Assembly: GCA_001890965.1 (NCBI GenBank)
Contig: MLAY01000008.1
Coordinates: 360,341-424,340 of the forward strand
DNA length: 64,000 nt
Reading direction: 5' to 3'
DNA from: a marine bacterium AO1-C
GTDB taxonomy: Bacteria; Bacteroidota; Bacteroidia; Cytophagales; Microscillaceae
The position numbers and the translations under genes are program-made. Within the stretch, counting starts at the first letter, position 1. The number at the start of each line of letters is the position of its first letter. Shown here piece after piece: positions 28,993 through 39,680 of the stretch. The notes under the pieces are model-generated. The model searched no databases, was not told the origin of the DNA, and saw nothing but the letters and a program-made list of their open reading frames with translations.

Positions 28993-31065
28993 ATGAATCG
29001 GGGCATTATCAAGGTATTTTTAGCAACCAATGTTTTTTTGAGCTTGCTTACAGGCAACACAACTACTGCCTTGGCTCAGGATATGCTCTCTTTAGATACC
29101 ACTTCCTTCCTTGCTTCCCCACGACACTTAAATGTTTTTGTCGATAGTACCCAACAACTATCATTGGCCCAAGTCACCAATCAAAAGTTTACTCCTTCCA
29201 GTGTAGCACTTCCTCTGCAAACCAGGCATATCTATTGGTTGCGAGTAAAGCTAAACAATCGTACCAACCAACCTCAAAAACGCTATTTGTATGTAGGCAA
29301 CTGGGCATATATTGATCTGTATGCCAATGGCCGTTTGGTTGGCAAATCGGGGCGGATGAGAAATTACCAAGAGCGATCGGTGCCCAACCAACGACAATTG
29401 ATTGAGTATACTCTAAGCCCCAAACAAAGCCAAACATTGTATTTCCGATTACAGGAAACGATGGCATTTTATCTCAAATCATCCTTTGAGTTTACAGCTC
29501 AAAGCCAGGCTCAGGTACAGAAACAAACCAATAATATTCGTTTCTCGCAAGGCATTTTTTTGGGGATTATCATTGTCATGGCCTTGTACAATCTCTTCAT
29601 ATTCTTTTCGGTCAAAGACGTTAGTTTTTTGTACTATGTGTTTTCTATCGTGGGGGTAGGCTTGTATTTTATGTTTTATTATGGTTTTACCCTAGAGTTT
29701 GTCTGGACTCAGGCTGCCATTTGGAATGCCCATAGCTACGGAATTATTGTGCCCCTTACTCGTATTACCTGGGTGCTATTCACTAAATCGTACTTACACC
29801 TCCGAGAGTTTCTTCCCCGTTGGAATCGTTGGGTTAACTGGCTCATTTACTTATATTTAGTCCCCATTATACTCACGATACTTACCCTTGTTACTGGTCA
29901 GGATTTTAGCACCTCTATTGTCAATTGGGTAGGTACTTTAGGGGTCATTGTATTAAGTATAATGGTATTGATGGGGTTCCTGGCTTTGCGCAAAGGTTTC
30001 AAGCCTGCGTTTTACTTTTTGATCGCCAATATCTTCTTTTCTATCGGCTTGATCTTGTTTATTTTTGAGGAAACAGGCTATGCTCCAGCCAGCGACACTA
30101 CTCGCTATATTGCTCAATTGGGGATTATTTTTCAAGTCACCTTGTTTTCGTTGGGTTTGGCCAACCGCCTCAATTCGGCTCAAAAAGCCCTGGCCCAAAA
30201 AGAAATCGAGAAAGAAGTAGAGCGTAAACAGTTGATCGAGCAGCAAAAAAAACAACTGGAAGTAACCGTCACTGAACGTACATCTGACTTGCGTCAAAAA
30301 ACCCAGGAGTTGGAAGATGCAGTACAAAAACTTCAAAAATCTGAGAAAGACCTGAAAGAACTCAATCATATCAAAGACAAGTTTTTCTCGATTATCTCGC
30401 ACGACTTGCGCAGTCCATTTGCCACCCTCACTTCTTTCTTGAACATCCTCATCAACTTTGCCGATGAGTTTAGCAAAGAAGAAATGGAAGAATTGGCTAA
30501 ACGCACCCAGCAATCGGTCAAAAACCTGTCTTCCTTATTGGAAAACCTGCTACAATGGGCGATGAGTCAAATGGATCAAAATCAGTTTCGTCCCCAGGAA
30601 ATTGTACTGAAAAAAATCATTCAGGAAACTACAAACCTGCTGGCCGTAAGTGCCGAAGAAAAGAAGATTACAATTGATTGGGATATCCCTCAGGACACTT
30701 TGTTGTATACCGACTATAATATGTTGAGCTTCATTATTCGTAACCTGCTCATTAATGCAATTAAGTATACCCCCACTCAAGGAAGAATCACGATTACTGC
30801 CCACACCCAAAACGCTTCAGATGCTCAGCCTTGGGTACAAATCTGCGTGGCCGATACAGGCATTGGCATCCCCGAAACCGAACTGCCTAAGCTCTTTAAT
30901 GCGCAAGAGCACTATACCCGCAAGGGCACCCAAAACGAAAAAGGGGTTGGCCTTGGCCTTATGCTTTGTAAAGAATTCGTAGAAAAAAGCGGAGGAACCA
31001 TTAGTGTAACTAGTAAACTCAATGAGGGGACAGTTTTTTGTTTTGAAGTGCCTGGGAGCGCATAG
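28993..31065 (+). CDS. 7TMR-DISM-type sensor histidine kinase
   Basis: Signal peptide, periplasmic domain, 7 TM, coiled-coil linker, HisKA H-box ISHDLRSPFATL, HATPase_c N/G boxes. Confidence 0.75.
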   Translation: MNRGIIKVFLATNVFLSLLTGNTTTALAQDMLSLDTTSFLASPRHLNVFVDSTQQLSLAQVTNQKFTPSSVALPLQTRHIYWLRVKLNNRTNQPQKRYLYVGNWAYIDLYANGRLVGKSGRMRNYQERSVPNQRQLIEYTLSPKQSQTLYFRLQETMAFYLKSSFEFTAQSQAQVQKQTNNIRFSQGIFLGIIIVMALYNLFIFFSVKDVSFLYYVFSIVGVGLYFMFYYGFTLEFVWTQAAIWNAHSYGIIVPLTRITWVLFTKSYLHLREFLPRWNRWVNWLIYLYLVPIILTILTLVTGQDFSTSIVNWVGTLGVIVLSIMVLMGFLALRKGFKPAFYFLIANIFFSIGLILFIFEETGYAPASDTTRYIAQLGIIFQVTLFSLGLANRLNSAQKALAQKEIEKEVERKQLIEQQKKQLEVTVTERTSDLRQKTQELEDAVQKLQKSEKDLKELNHIKDKFFSIISHDLRSPFATLTSFLNILINFADEFSKEEMEELAKRTQQSVKNLSSLLENLLQWAMSQMDQNQFRPQEIVLKKIIQETTNLLAVSAEEKKITIDWDIPQDTLLYTDYNMLSFIIRNLLINAIKYTPTQGRITITAHTQNASDAQPWVQICVADTGIGIPETELPKLFNAQEHYTRKGTQNEKGVGLGLMLCKEFVEKSGGTISVTSKLNEGTVFCFEVPGSA

Positions 31066-31112
31066 GTTACGTATAAGGAAGCACCCAAATCATTGAAAGT
31101 AATTCTGCAAAA

Positions 31113-33053
31113 ATGAAAGAAATTCAAGAACTAGAAGAGATTTTAGGCATCAAGCTTGAAGAAAAACGATATGGAAGGTCATACGACCGAAATCAAAAAA
31201 ACACTTACTCCATCCGTCGAGAACACATTGAGAGTTTGCGACTTGATGATGTAGTGATTGATAATTTTTCTAAATTATTTCCACACCTACAAAAGCTAAG
31301 GCATTTAGAAATCAACCACTCAACTATTCCTAACTTTTCTCAATTATTAGAACGAAATTATTCTGACCTGCGCCTGAATGGGGTAGTTTTTAATAACAAT
31401 GATTGTGACATTACAGGTAAGATTCCCCGACACCTTATGTTTTCTAATATGACACTTGACGCAAAGTGTTTTGAGTGCCTCGAGAAAAGTAATATAGTAG
31501 GTTTTAGGCAGGTTGAATTTAAGAACTGCCACATAGATAATATCCAGGCAATTGATCAGGTGGATTATATCTCTCTTTTGATATTTGACAAGATTACCTA
31601 TACCTACCACCCCCAAAAAGCATCAAAAAAGGCCACTCGCCGTTTAACGATTCATAACTCGAGCTTTGCAGATGTTGCTTTCTTGCCTTTTGCTAATTCA
31701 TTAAAAGATATTACGTTTGAAAATTGCCAAATTGGTAGCATTGCTGGGCTTGCTCAATTTCCTAAACTTGAAGAAATCACGATTGATTCTGATACTACCA
31801 TTGAGGATAAATCTACCTCAACAAATACCTTTCACAACGAAATCACTTGTACCCTCAATCAAGGAAAGCAACCTTTGAATTTGCAGGAAATAGTTTCTAT
31901 CAAAGATGCTATCTATCAACTACAATTGAATGATTACGCAGAAAAAACCATTGACTTCATTGAAGCATTTAAAAATACAAAACACTTATCATTCTATGAA
32001 TCAACCGTTTATGTAAATGCTTTTTTGCCCATTGCTAAACAAATCGAGACCATAAGTGTTACAAAATCCATCATCAAGAAGCACAACTACTTTGGATATT
32101 TTAAAAACCTGACAAGTTTTCAAACTACCAATTATGATGAAGATAATAAAGGGTTAAGCACTTTTAAAAAGCTACTTCCACTAAAACATCAGCTAAAGAG
32201 TTTGGAGATTTATGATCATCAAAAAATCCATGCATCCCACCTGATTAAGGAATTTGTCGCATTGGAATCTTTAAAAATCGCCTACGCAGTTCCTGTGCAA
32301 ACAGCAGAATATATTCTTACGCTTCAAAACTTAAAAAAACTATCATTAAGCGTCGAGGAAAAGGCTTGTACTTTGAGCTTGGAAAACTTGAAAGAATTAG
32401 AGTTTTTAATTTTAGAAGCAGATGTTAAATTCACAGGCTTTGAACACCTTAAGCACCTAAAATCTTTAAAAATTGGAGAATCCATCTCAGAACCAATGAT
32501 TGATGTCAACACGCTACCCAAAATGGAAAGCCTAAAGCGCTTGAATTTGGTGAGTTATGATTATGAAATCAAAGGATTGGAGCAGTTTCCTAATCTGGAA
32601 GCCTTGAAGCTTAAAGGAAGCCCTAAGGTGAAGTTAGCAAAACTCGAAAAGCTTAAGGTATTGAGTTTAGAAAATTCGACTATCGAGGACTTTTCTACAT
32701 TTGAAGAATTACCAAACCTCGAAAAATTAGACTTATCAAGTATCTATAGCAAACTAAACCTGGAGGATTTCCATAAGTTTAGAAACCTAAAATATTTAAC
32801 CTTTTTGGAAAGTGAGGTAGATGATATATCAGCCTTAGAACCACTTAAAAAGCTGGAATACCTTGATTTGTATTATACCGCAGTTTCAGATGTGCGAGTA
32901 CTCAATACATTACCAAATCTGAAGGAAGTAAACTTAGCGGTCGCTTCTCCTGATGGCCTTGAGGAACAATTAGACAAACCTGAAATTGTGATTTATTGTG
33001 GATTGCCTAATATCAATCTTTGGATTTGGGATAAAGATGAGTTTGGGATTTAA
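31113..33053 (+). CDS. cytoplasmic leucine-rich-repeat (LRR) protein
   Basis: No signal peptide; many LxxLxxLxL repeats; 47 bp after the kinase. Confidence 0.65.
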   Translation: MKEIQELEEILGIKLEEKRYGRSYDRNQKNTYSIRREHIESLRLDDVVIDNFSKLFPHLQKLRHLEINHSTIPNFSQLLERNYSDLRLNGVVFNNNDCDITGKIPRHLMFSNMTLDAKCFECLEKSNIVGFRQVEFKNCHIDNIQAIDQVDYISLLIFDKITYTYHPQKASKKATRRLTIHNSSFADVAFLPFANSLKDITFENCQIGSIAGLAQFPKLEEITIDSDTTIEDKSTSTNTFHNEITCTLNQGKQPLNLQEIVSIKDAIYQLQLNDYAEKTIDFIEAFKNTKHLSFYESTVYVNAFLPIAKQIETISVTKSIIKKHNYFGYFKNLTSFQTTNYDEDNKGLSTFKKLLPLKHQLKSLEIYDHQKIHASHLIKEFVALESLKIAYAVPVQTAEYILTLQNLKKLSLSVEEKACTLSLENLKELEFLILEADVKFTGFEHLKHLKSLKIGESISEPMIDVNTLPKMESLKRLNLVSYDYEIKGLEQFPNLEALKLKGSPKVKLAKLEKLKVLSLENSTIEDFSTFEELPNLEKLDLSSIYSKLNLEDFHKFRNLKYLTFLESEVDDISALEPLKKLEYLDLYYTAVSDVRVLNTLPNLKEVNLAVASPDGLEEQLDKPEIVIYCGLPNINLWIWDKDEFGI

Positions 33054-33143
33054 GGTACATTTAACCAGATATTATCCTCAGTATTCAAGCCTAAAATACA
33101 AAAGCAACTCTCTAAAAATCAGAAAGTTGCTTTTATATTATAA

Positions 33144-33326
33144 GTAGTTATTCAATCAACCTATTTGTCTCTCAAGTCTTTGGTCTTACCGATAGGGAGA
33201 CCAAAGAACCGACAACATTCGGGGAATGTTGGGCGAGCTTGTGGGACGCTGGTCTCGCTTTGCTAAGACCCTACAAGAGGTGGTTGAATAGTTATTCAAT
33301 CAACCTATTCGTCTTTTAGTACTTTG
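33144..33326. repeat. ~39-bp imperfect direct repeat flanking a ~105-bp hairpin-containing segment at the 3' end of the permease gene
   Basis: tagttattcaatcaacctatttgtct…agtctttgg (33144-) vs tagttattcaatcaacctattcgtct…agtactttgg (33288-); copy 2 encodes the permease C-terminus (…KVLKDE*); internal 9-bp stem ctttggtct/agaccaaag. Confidence 0.45.
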
Positions 33327-35698
33327 GCAGGGTTTACCCTCGTAGTTTGCCAAATAAATGGGCTAATCGTGAGCAGGGTAGTCACCACAGATATCAAGGC
33401 TGTCAAGGCAATGTGTCTAAAGTCGATGTCTATATGGTAGGCAAAGTCTTCCAACCAAGTCTGCATCACATAGTAAGCAATGCCCATTCCTATCACAGAA
33501 GCTATCCCAATCCATATAGCATAGGATTTAAATATCCAGCGAATGATTTGTCGGATAGATGCTCCCAAAACCTTGTGAATGCCAATTTCTTTTTGGTTTT
33601 CCTGCAAAGCGTGGGCAGCCAGTCCAAACAAGCCCAGACAGGCAATCAATATGGCCAAAAAGGCAAAATAATTCATTGCCTTGAGCAAACTCTGCTCACT
33701 TTTGTATAACTGCTCAAAGTCGGCATCTAAGAAGCGATACTCAAATGGATATACTGGGTTATGCTTTTGCCATGCTTTACGAACACTGGCCAACTCCTGT
33801 GTAATATTTTCTCCTTTGAGCTTTATATAACTTTGGTTAAAGTTTGAAATGAGCGCAAAAGACAAAGGGGTTATTTTATTATAGAGCGATTTGAAATGAT
33901 AATCTTTCACTACCCCGATTACTTTTACTTTTTTGCCATTCATTTCTACAGTGGCATTCACAGGATCTTTTAGGCCCATCATACTCACGGCCTTTTCGTT
34001 GAGCAAAATGCACTGCTTATCTTGAGCAAATTCTTTAGAAAAGCTCCTCCCCTCCTTTAATTTAATTCCAAAAGTTTGAAGATAATCATAGCCCACCCAG
34101 GCGGTGTTCATTGGTATCTTTCGCCCGTCAGGCAAGTCCATCCAATAATCACTCAAATAATTGGTAATATGATGTCGCGCCCCCGAAACACCCTTTACAC
34201 CTGGTATCTTCAATAAGTCATTTTTTAGCCTTGAATAGTAATTGGGGTCTTTTGCCTGCTGGGCATAATTGAGCTCAAAACCGATGATATTATCACTATT
34301 AAAACCTAAGTTTTTGTTGCTGATGTAGTTGAATTGATGATAAATAATGAGAGTGGTCATTACCAGTGCGGTTGATAAAGAAAACTGCACAATCATCAAC
34401 CCTCGTTTTAGTTTTCGCCCTTTTCTGCTCTTCGCAAACTTGCCCTTCAATACCTTGGTAGGTGCAAAATCTGCCAATACAAATGCCGGATAACTACCTG
34501 CCAATAAGCCAGTGAAAAGTACGCCTCCCAACAAATACAGGATAAAACGTACACCTACAAAATCAATGTTTAACCTTTTGCCCACCATATTGTTGAACTC
34601 AGGCAAAAACAACTCAACGATCGTGATACCAATGACTGAAGCGATCAAGGTAACAAATAATGCTTCGCCCAGAAATTGTTGAATGAGCTGGCCCCGAGTG
34701 GCCCCTACTACTTTGCGCAAGCCTACTTCTTTGGCCCGTCGCAAAGACAATGATGTAGACAAATTGACAAAATTTACACAGGCAATCAGAAAAATAAACA
34801 AGGCAATGAGTCCTAACATATATACTTGTTGGATTCGTTTGCTTTTACCATCAGTTTGGCTATGCAGGTATACGTCGTTTACTGGTCGCAAAAAAAGCGA
34901 TACTTTAGATTCTGGATAGTACTTCTTGATGATATTCTCTACTTTGGTATTGGCCAGACTGGCATTTTCTTCCTTGTGCAACAGCACATAGGTATTTAGC
35001 CAGTTGCCTCGATTCCAGGCAGTAAAAAGCTTGGGATTTACACTTTTTTGCAGACGTCTGGTGGGTATTACAAAATTAAACTGAAGGTGAGATTGAGTGG
35101 GTATATCCTTGATTACTCCTGTTACCTTTGCACTAAACGATTCACTCATTTTGATGGTTTTACCCAACGGATTTTGATTGCCAAAGTACTTGTATGCCAA
35201 GCTTTGGGTAATTACTATTACATTTACCCCGCTTAGTGCTGTTTTCGGATTCCCCTTAACAAAGGAAAAGCTAAACATATCAAAAAACTGTTTACCAGCA
35301 TAAATTCCTTTTTCGTAGCTTTTCTTGCCTTCATAATCCAGCAAATGTCTGGTGTTGTATAAGCGAATAGATTGGTCAATCTCAGGGATTTCGTTTTTCA
35401 AGGCTGGACTCAAAGGCGCAGGCGTTCCCGAAACTTCGGTGATGGTATTGTCTTGGGTTTCGTTACCCATTACCATAAAAAGTCGATCTTTCTTCGTATG
35501 AAACTGGTCATAGCTCAGTTCGTCTTGTATCCAGGCAATGATCAATACACAGGTAGCTATGCCCAGTGCAAGTCCCAGAATGTTTACCGTAGAATGAATC
35601 TTATTATTGAATAAACTCCTAAAAGCAATTTTAATATAGTTCTTTAACATGGTATGATGGTATTGATTTTTTATAGTATCATGGTTTAATCGCAACAC
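33305..35698 (-). CDS. ABC transporter permease, FtsX/MacB-like with two permease modules
   Basis: 797 aa, N-terminal TM + large periplasmic domain + 3 TM, duplicated. Confidence 0.7.
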   Translation of the reverse strand: MLRLNHDTIKNQYHHTMLKNYIKIAFRSLFNNKIHSTVNILGLALGIATCVLIIAWIQDELSYDQFHTKKDRLFMVMGNETQDNTITEVSGTPAPLSPALKNEIPEIDQSIRLYNTRHLLDYEGKKSYEKGIYAGKQFFDMFSFSFVKGNPKTALSGVNVIVITQSLAYKYFGNQNPLGKTIKMSESFSAKVTGVIKDIPTQSHLQFNFVIPTRRLQKSVNPKLFTAWNRGNWLNTYVLLHKEENASLANTKVENIIKKYYPESKVSLFLRPVNDVYLHSQTDGKSKRIQQVYMLGLIALFIFLIACVNFVNLSTSLSLRRAKEVGLRKVVGATRGQLIQQFLGEALFVTLIASVIGITIVELFLPEFNNMVGKRLNIDFVGVRFILYLLGGVLFTGLLAGSYPAFVLADFAPTKVLKGKFAKSRKGRKLKRGLMIVQFSLSTALVMTTLIIYHQFNYISNKNLGFNSDNIIGFELNYAQQAKDPNYYSRLKNDLLKIPGVKGVSGARHHITNYLSDYWMDLPDGRKIPMNTAWVGYDYLQTFGIKLKEGRSFSKEFAQDKQCILLNEKAVSMMGLKDPVNATVEMNGKKVKVIGVVKDYHFKSLYNKITPLSFALISNFNQSYIKLKGENITQELASVRKAWQKHNPVYPFEYRFLDADFEQLYKSEQSLLKAMNYFAFLAILIACLGLFGLAAHALQENQKEIGIHKVLGASIRQIIRWIFKSYAIWIGIASVIGMGIAYYVMQTWLEDFAYHIDIDFRHIALTALISVVTTLLTISPFIWQTTRVNPAKVLKDE

Positions 35699-36041
35699 TG
35701 TATTTGCGAAGGGAATGCCAAATCTATAAACTACTTAAAATCAAACATTTAAAAAGGCAAGTTGCATAGATAGATGTGCATTTTCGATGAAAAGTGTGCG
35801 ATAATGAACAGTCATAGTGATCAGGTGAGATGTATAATCGAAGTACTTATTGTTTTATTCTATCGATGTCTCATGATACTACCAACCGCATGCAACAACC
35901 TGAAATATTTTTTCGCCCAGAAGACCAGTAAGTTGAGGTGATTACAGGTATCAATACTTACCTTCATGAATTGTTAAAAATAAGTATTTTGGGTACCTGT
36001 TGCTAATCATTCAATCTTTTCATCTTAAACTTATCCGAACT

Positions 36042-37085
36042 ATGGCTGATTATTATTTAGATACGAACACTAAACGACCGTATAGCTGGTATGACCCCAT
36101 TACCCAAGAAGAAAGCTCTATCAATATTTATCGCATCAAGCCCACTGCCAACTTTACTGCGGCTGATGGCACCGAAGTAACCACCAATGGAACTTATGGT
36201 TGGGTACAAGAGAAGGCAAATCTGGACATTAGCAATGGCGCTTGGGTCTTTGACAATGCCATAGTATTTGGCGATGCCGTGGTCAAAGACCAAGCGACGA
36301 TACACGGCAATGCGATTATTTATTCTACTGGTGCTCCTGGAGATTCAGGCACACATGCTACCCAAGTAAAGGGGCAGGTCAAGGTATCTGACAATGCACA
36401 AGTAGGCATAGGATGTACTGCAGATGGCACTGCTACCATACAAGATAATGGACAACTCAAAGATAGTAGTCAATTGGGAGGAACCGCTAAAATTGCAGAA
36501 AACGGGATTGTACAAGATGATAGTGAGGTAAAAGATAGTACCATTCAAGGTAATGCTGTAGTGCAAGATGGAAGCAAGGTTTATGACGAAGCAACCATTA
36601 CAGATGCAGCTCGAGTAGAAGATGCTTGTGACATAATTGGGAAAGTAACCCTCAAAGGCAATAGTAAAATAGAAGATAATTCTACTATAGATGCTAGTGT
36701 GGGCACCATTATCATCTCAGAAGGTGCTAGAGTAGCCGATTTTGCCACAATTATCACTGAAGACCAAGGGAATACTGTACAAATCAGCGGGAATGTGCAG
36801 GTAAATGGGGTTATTCAGAACGGTACTACTGGTCAAACATACCAAGCACCAAAAATATCAGGACAAGTAAATTTAAGTGGTAATGCTCGAGTAACAGGTC
36901 AGGTAGTGATGAGTGAACAAGCTACTCTAGAAGACAATGCTCAGGCCGAACAGGTAGATTTTGATAACCTGGAGGGAACACTCACTTTAAAAGGCACCAT
37001 TACAATCTCTGAAAATGCTCGCGCTATTGGTACTAGCACCTACAGCAGTGGATCGTGGAAAGGCAATACTGTAAATGGCGAGTAA
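36042..37085 (+). CDS. hexapeptide-repeat (left-handed beta-helix-like) protein with no recognisable catalytic domain
   Basis: ~40 consecutive period-6 repeats [IVL]-x-[DG]-x-[AS]-x; start at ATG 36042 (ORF track TTG 36000). Confidence 0.5.
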   Translation: MADYYLDTNTKRPYSWYDPITQEESSINIYRIKPTANFTAADGTEVTTNGTYGWVQEKANLDISNGAWVFDNAIVFGDAVVKDQATIHGNAIIYSTGAPGDSGTHATQVKGQVKVSDNAQVGIGCTADGTATIQDNGQLKDSSQLGGTAKIAENGIVQDDSEVKDSTIQGNAVVQDGSKVYDEATITDAARVEDACDIIGKVTLKGNSKIEDNSTIDASVGTIIISEGARVADFATIITEDQGNTVQISGNVQVNGVIQNGTTGQTYQAPKISGQVNLSGNARVTGQVVMSEQATLEDNAQAEQVDFDNLEGTLTLKGTITISENARAIGTSTYSSGSWKGNTVNGE

Positions 37086-37151
37086 TTATGAGACAAGTAT
37101 TGTTTTCCAAGTCTTGATCTCATTATTTGTAGTACATCAATGATGTATGGC

Positions 37152-37196
37152 CTTTAAAAAACAAAAAACCTCTTCAATCAAAATATTGAAGAGGTT
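37152..37196 (-). terminator. terminator for the tRNA-Glu pair (12-bp perfect stem aacctcttcaat/attgaagaggtt then T6-C-T6 on the minus strand)
   Basis: Read directly. Confidence 0.6.
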
Positions 37197-37199
37197 TTG

Positions 37200-37271
37200 T
37201 AGCCCGTAGGGGAATCGAACCCCTGTTTCCAGGATGAAAACCTGGCGTCCTAACCCCTAGACGAACGGGCC
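37200..37271 (-). tRNA. tRNA-Glu (anticodon UUC)
   Basis: Minus-strand sequence GGCCCGTTCGTCTAGGGGTTAGGACGCCAGGTTTTCATCCTGGAAACAGGGGTTCGATTCCCCTACGGGCTA; 7-bp acceptor stem, anticodon stem CCAGG/CCTGG with loop TTTTCAT, T-arm GGGGTTCGATTCCCC; CCA not encoded. Confidence 0.85.
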
Positions 37272-37315
37272 ATAGTAGTACTATGAAAATATTTTATTTT
37301 AAGAAAGAGAAGTGG

Positions 37316-37387
37316 TAGCCCGTAGGGGAATCGAACCCCTGTTTCCAGGATGAAAACCTGGCGTCCTAACCCCTAGACGAACGGGCC
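37316..37387 (-). tRNA. tRNA-Glu (anticodon UUC), identical tandem copy
   Basis: Identical 72-nt sequence 116 bp from the first copy. Confidence 0.85.
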
Positions 37388-37711
37388 AAGGGTGTCTCTT
37401 TCAAAAAACGTGGTGCAAATGTAGGCGAACGAAATGAATATATCAAGTGATACGCCATAATTTTTTAGAAAAAATTCATTTTTTGTTGGTGTTACCCTAT
37501 CTGAACCTCCAACAAACAAAAATTAAAAAGGCAAAATTGAAAAAAGTAGGCAAGCAAATGGTACCCACTGCTTGCCCCAAGTCAAGAACTTTCCATAATA
37601 CCCGTTTAATGTATGCGTTTGCAATACCCCTGGTCGGTTTCCTAGCCGACAAAGCCAAAACGGTTAAGTATTACTTATGCGAACTCTAACTTGTTTTCTC
37701 AAAGTCTGCCC

Positions 37712-38077
<366 letters not shown>

Positions 38078-38574
38078 TTAGTTTAGTAATGTGTTCGCGA
38101 CAACCGTCCAGCTTGGTCTTATTTCCCTTTGTTATAATTCGTCCCTTTTTGCTCGTAGCTATGGCTACAAACGCAAAACTTATCCTGTAAGGAACTTTGG
38201 GTCTAACATTGAGTAATTTCACCAAACCTCAACGCTTATTTTGAAAACGTTACTGAATGAAAAAATAAATACACAAGGGCTTTTCAAAGCTCAAGGCTAC
38301 ACAAAAAACCTGGCTATATTAATATTCTGAGAATTGTATCCGCAAAGTATTGGGGTTAAAAAAAGAGATTGGCTACTTTTGCAGCCGCATACATCTAAGA
38401 ATGGCCCCTACCAGTTAACAACAGGCCTTGCGAATGCAACAACAAAGAATAATTGGTAGGTTGATGTACAACATTAGAGTAATTTGAAAGTGTCCTTAGA
38501 TGCTAACAAAAATAAGGATTGATTGTTTCAAATGAAATCTTACGCAAAGAATTGTATAATTTTAAGATTGGGTT

Positions 38575-39594
38575 ATGAATATCACACAAAAAATTAATGC
38601 TTTTGTACAATTAGGGAATACAATTCGGGAATTTTCAGCCGATCAAAAGGCCGCATTAGGGCAAATGATTAAAACCAAGAATGACTGGTTTACTCCAGAA
38701 AACCTGGATTTGGCGCTTAATGGCTTGCAACAATATTTAGATAAAACCAACCTCGAGCAGTGGATCGCTCGTTATCCTGATTTGCAAACCACACGTACCC
38801 CTCGCAAAGTAGGTGTAGTGATGGCGGGCAACATTCCAGCGGTAGGGTTTCACGACTTACTGAGTGTAGTAATGAGTGGCCATGTCCTCCACGCTAAGCT
38901 TAGCTCGCAAGATGCGGTATTGATGAAAGAATTGATTCGCTTATTGCTGGATATTGCTCCTGAGCTTAAAGAACAAATCGTGATTACTGAGCAGCTGAAA
39001 GGCGTGGAAGCCATGATTGCTACAGGTAGTGATAACTCGTCTCGTTATTTTGAAGCTTATTTTGGGCATTTACCTCACATTATCCGAAAAAACCGCAGTT
39101 CGGTAGCAGTATTGGACGGCAACGAGTCTAAGGAAGAGCTCACTTTACTAAGTCATGATATCTTTCAGTATTTTGGTTTGGGTTGCCGCAATGTATCTAA
39201 GCTGTTTGTACCCAAGGGTTATAAATTTGATCCATTTTTTGAGGCTATTTTTCCTTGGGGAGAATCGCTGTTGGCGCATTCTAAGTATGCCAACAATTAC
39301 GAGTATCATCGAGCTTTATTCCTAATGAAGAAAATGAATATGCTTGATAACAACTTTTTGATGGTAGCCGAATACGAAAGTATGGTGTCGCCAGTGGGGG
39401 TTATGTTTTTTGAGTATTATGACAATGAAGCTGAAATTCAGCAAAAGCTACAGGATAATGCAGATAAGATACAAGCAGTAGTGGCTAAAAACGAAGCATT
39501 TGAAAAACAAGTAGCGTTTGGTCAAGCTCAAAAACCTCAGCTTTGGGATTATGCCGATGGCGTAGATACAATGGCGTTTTTGACGAAACTTTAA
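38575..39594 (+). CDS. acyl-CoA reductase (LuxC-like) family protein
   Basis: Size and N-terminal sequence resemble Bacteroidetes LuxC-type proteins; from memory. Confidence 0.4.
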   Translation: MNITQKINAFVQLGNTIREFSADQKAALGQMIKTKNDWFTPENLDLALNGLQQYLDKTNLEQWIARYPDLQTTRTPRKVGVVMAGNIPAVGFHDLLSVVMSGHVLHAKLSSQDAVLMKELIRLLLDIAPELKEQIVITEQLKGVEAMIATGSDNSSRYFEAYFGHLPHIIRKNRSSVAVLDGNESKEELTLLSHDIFQYFGLGCRNVSKLFVPKGYKFDPFFEAIFPWGESLLAHSKYANNYEYHRALFLMKKMNMLDNNFLMVAEYESMVSPVGVMFFEYYDNEAEIQQKLQDNADKIQAVVAKNEAFEKQVAFGQAQKPQLWDYADGVDTMAFLTKL

Positions 39595-39680
39595 TTGTTA
39601 TCGCTTTGCTTATGGCTATATTGTTACATTGTTTGAATAGTTGTTATCAAACAATGTAGCCATTTTTAAATTAGATATTC

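Noticed and set aside
29189-30982. Minus and plus small ORFs inside the histidine kinase gene
   Set aside because: Shadow ORFs; the kinase frame carries all expected motifs.
37447-37689. 80-aa ORF in the tRNA-ferredoxin intergenic region
   Set aside because: Lys-rich low-complexity translation of an AT-rich spacer; no start context or homology; likely non-coding.
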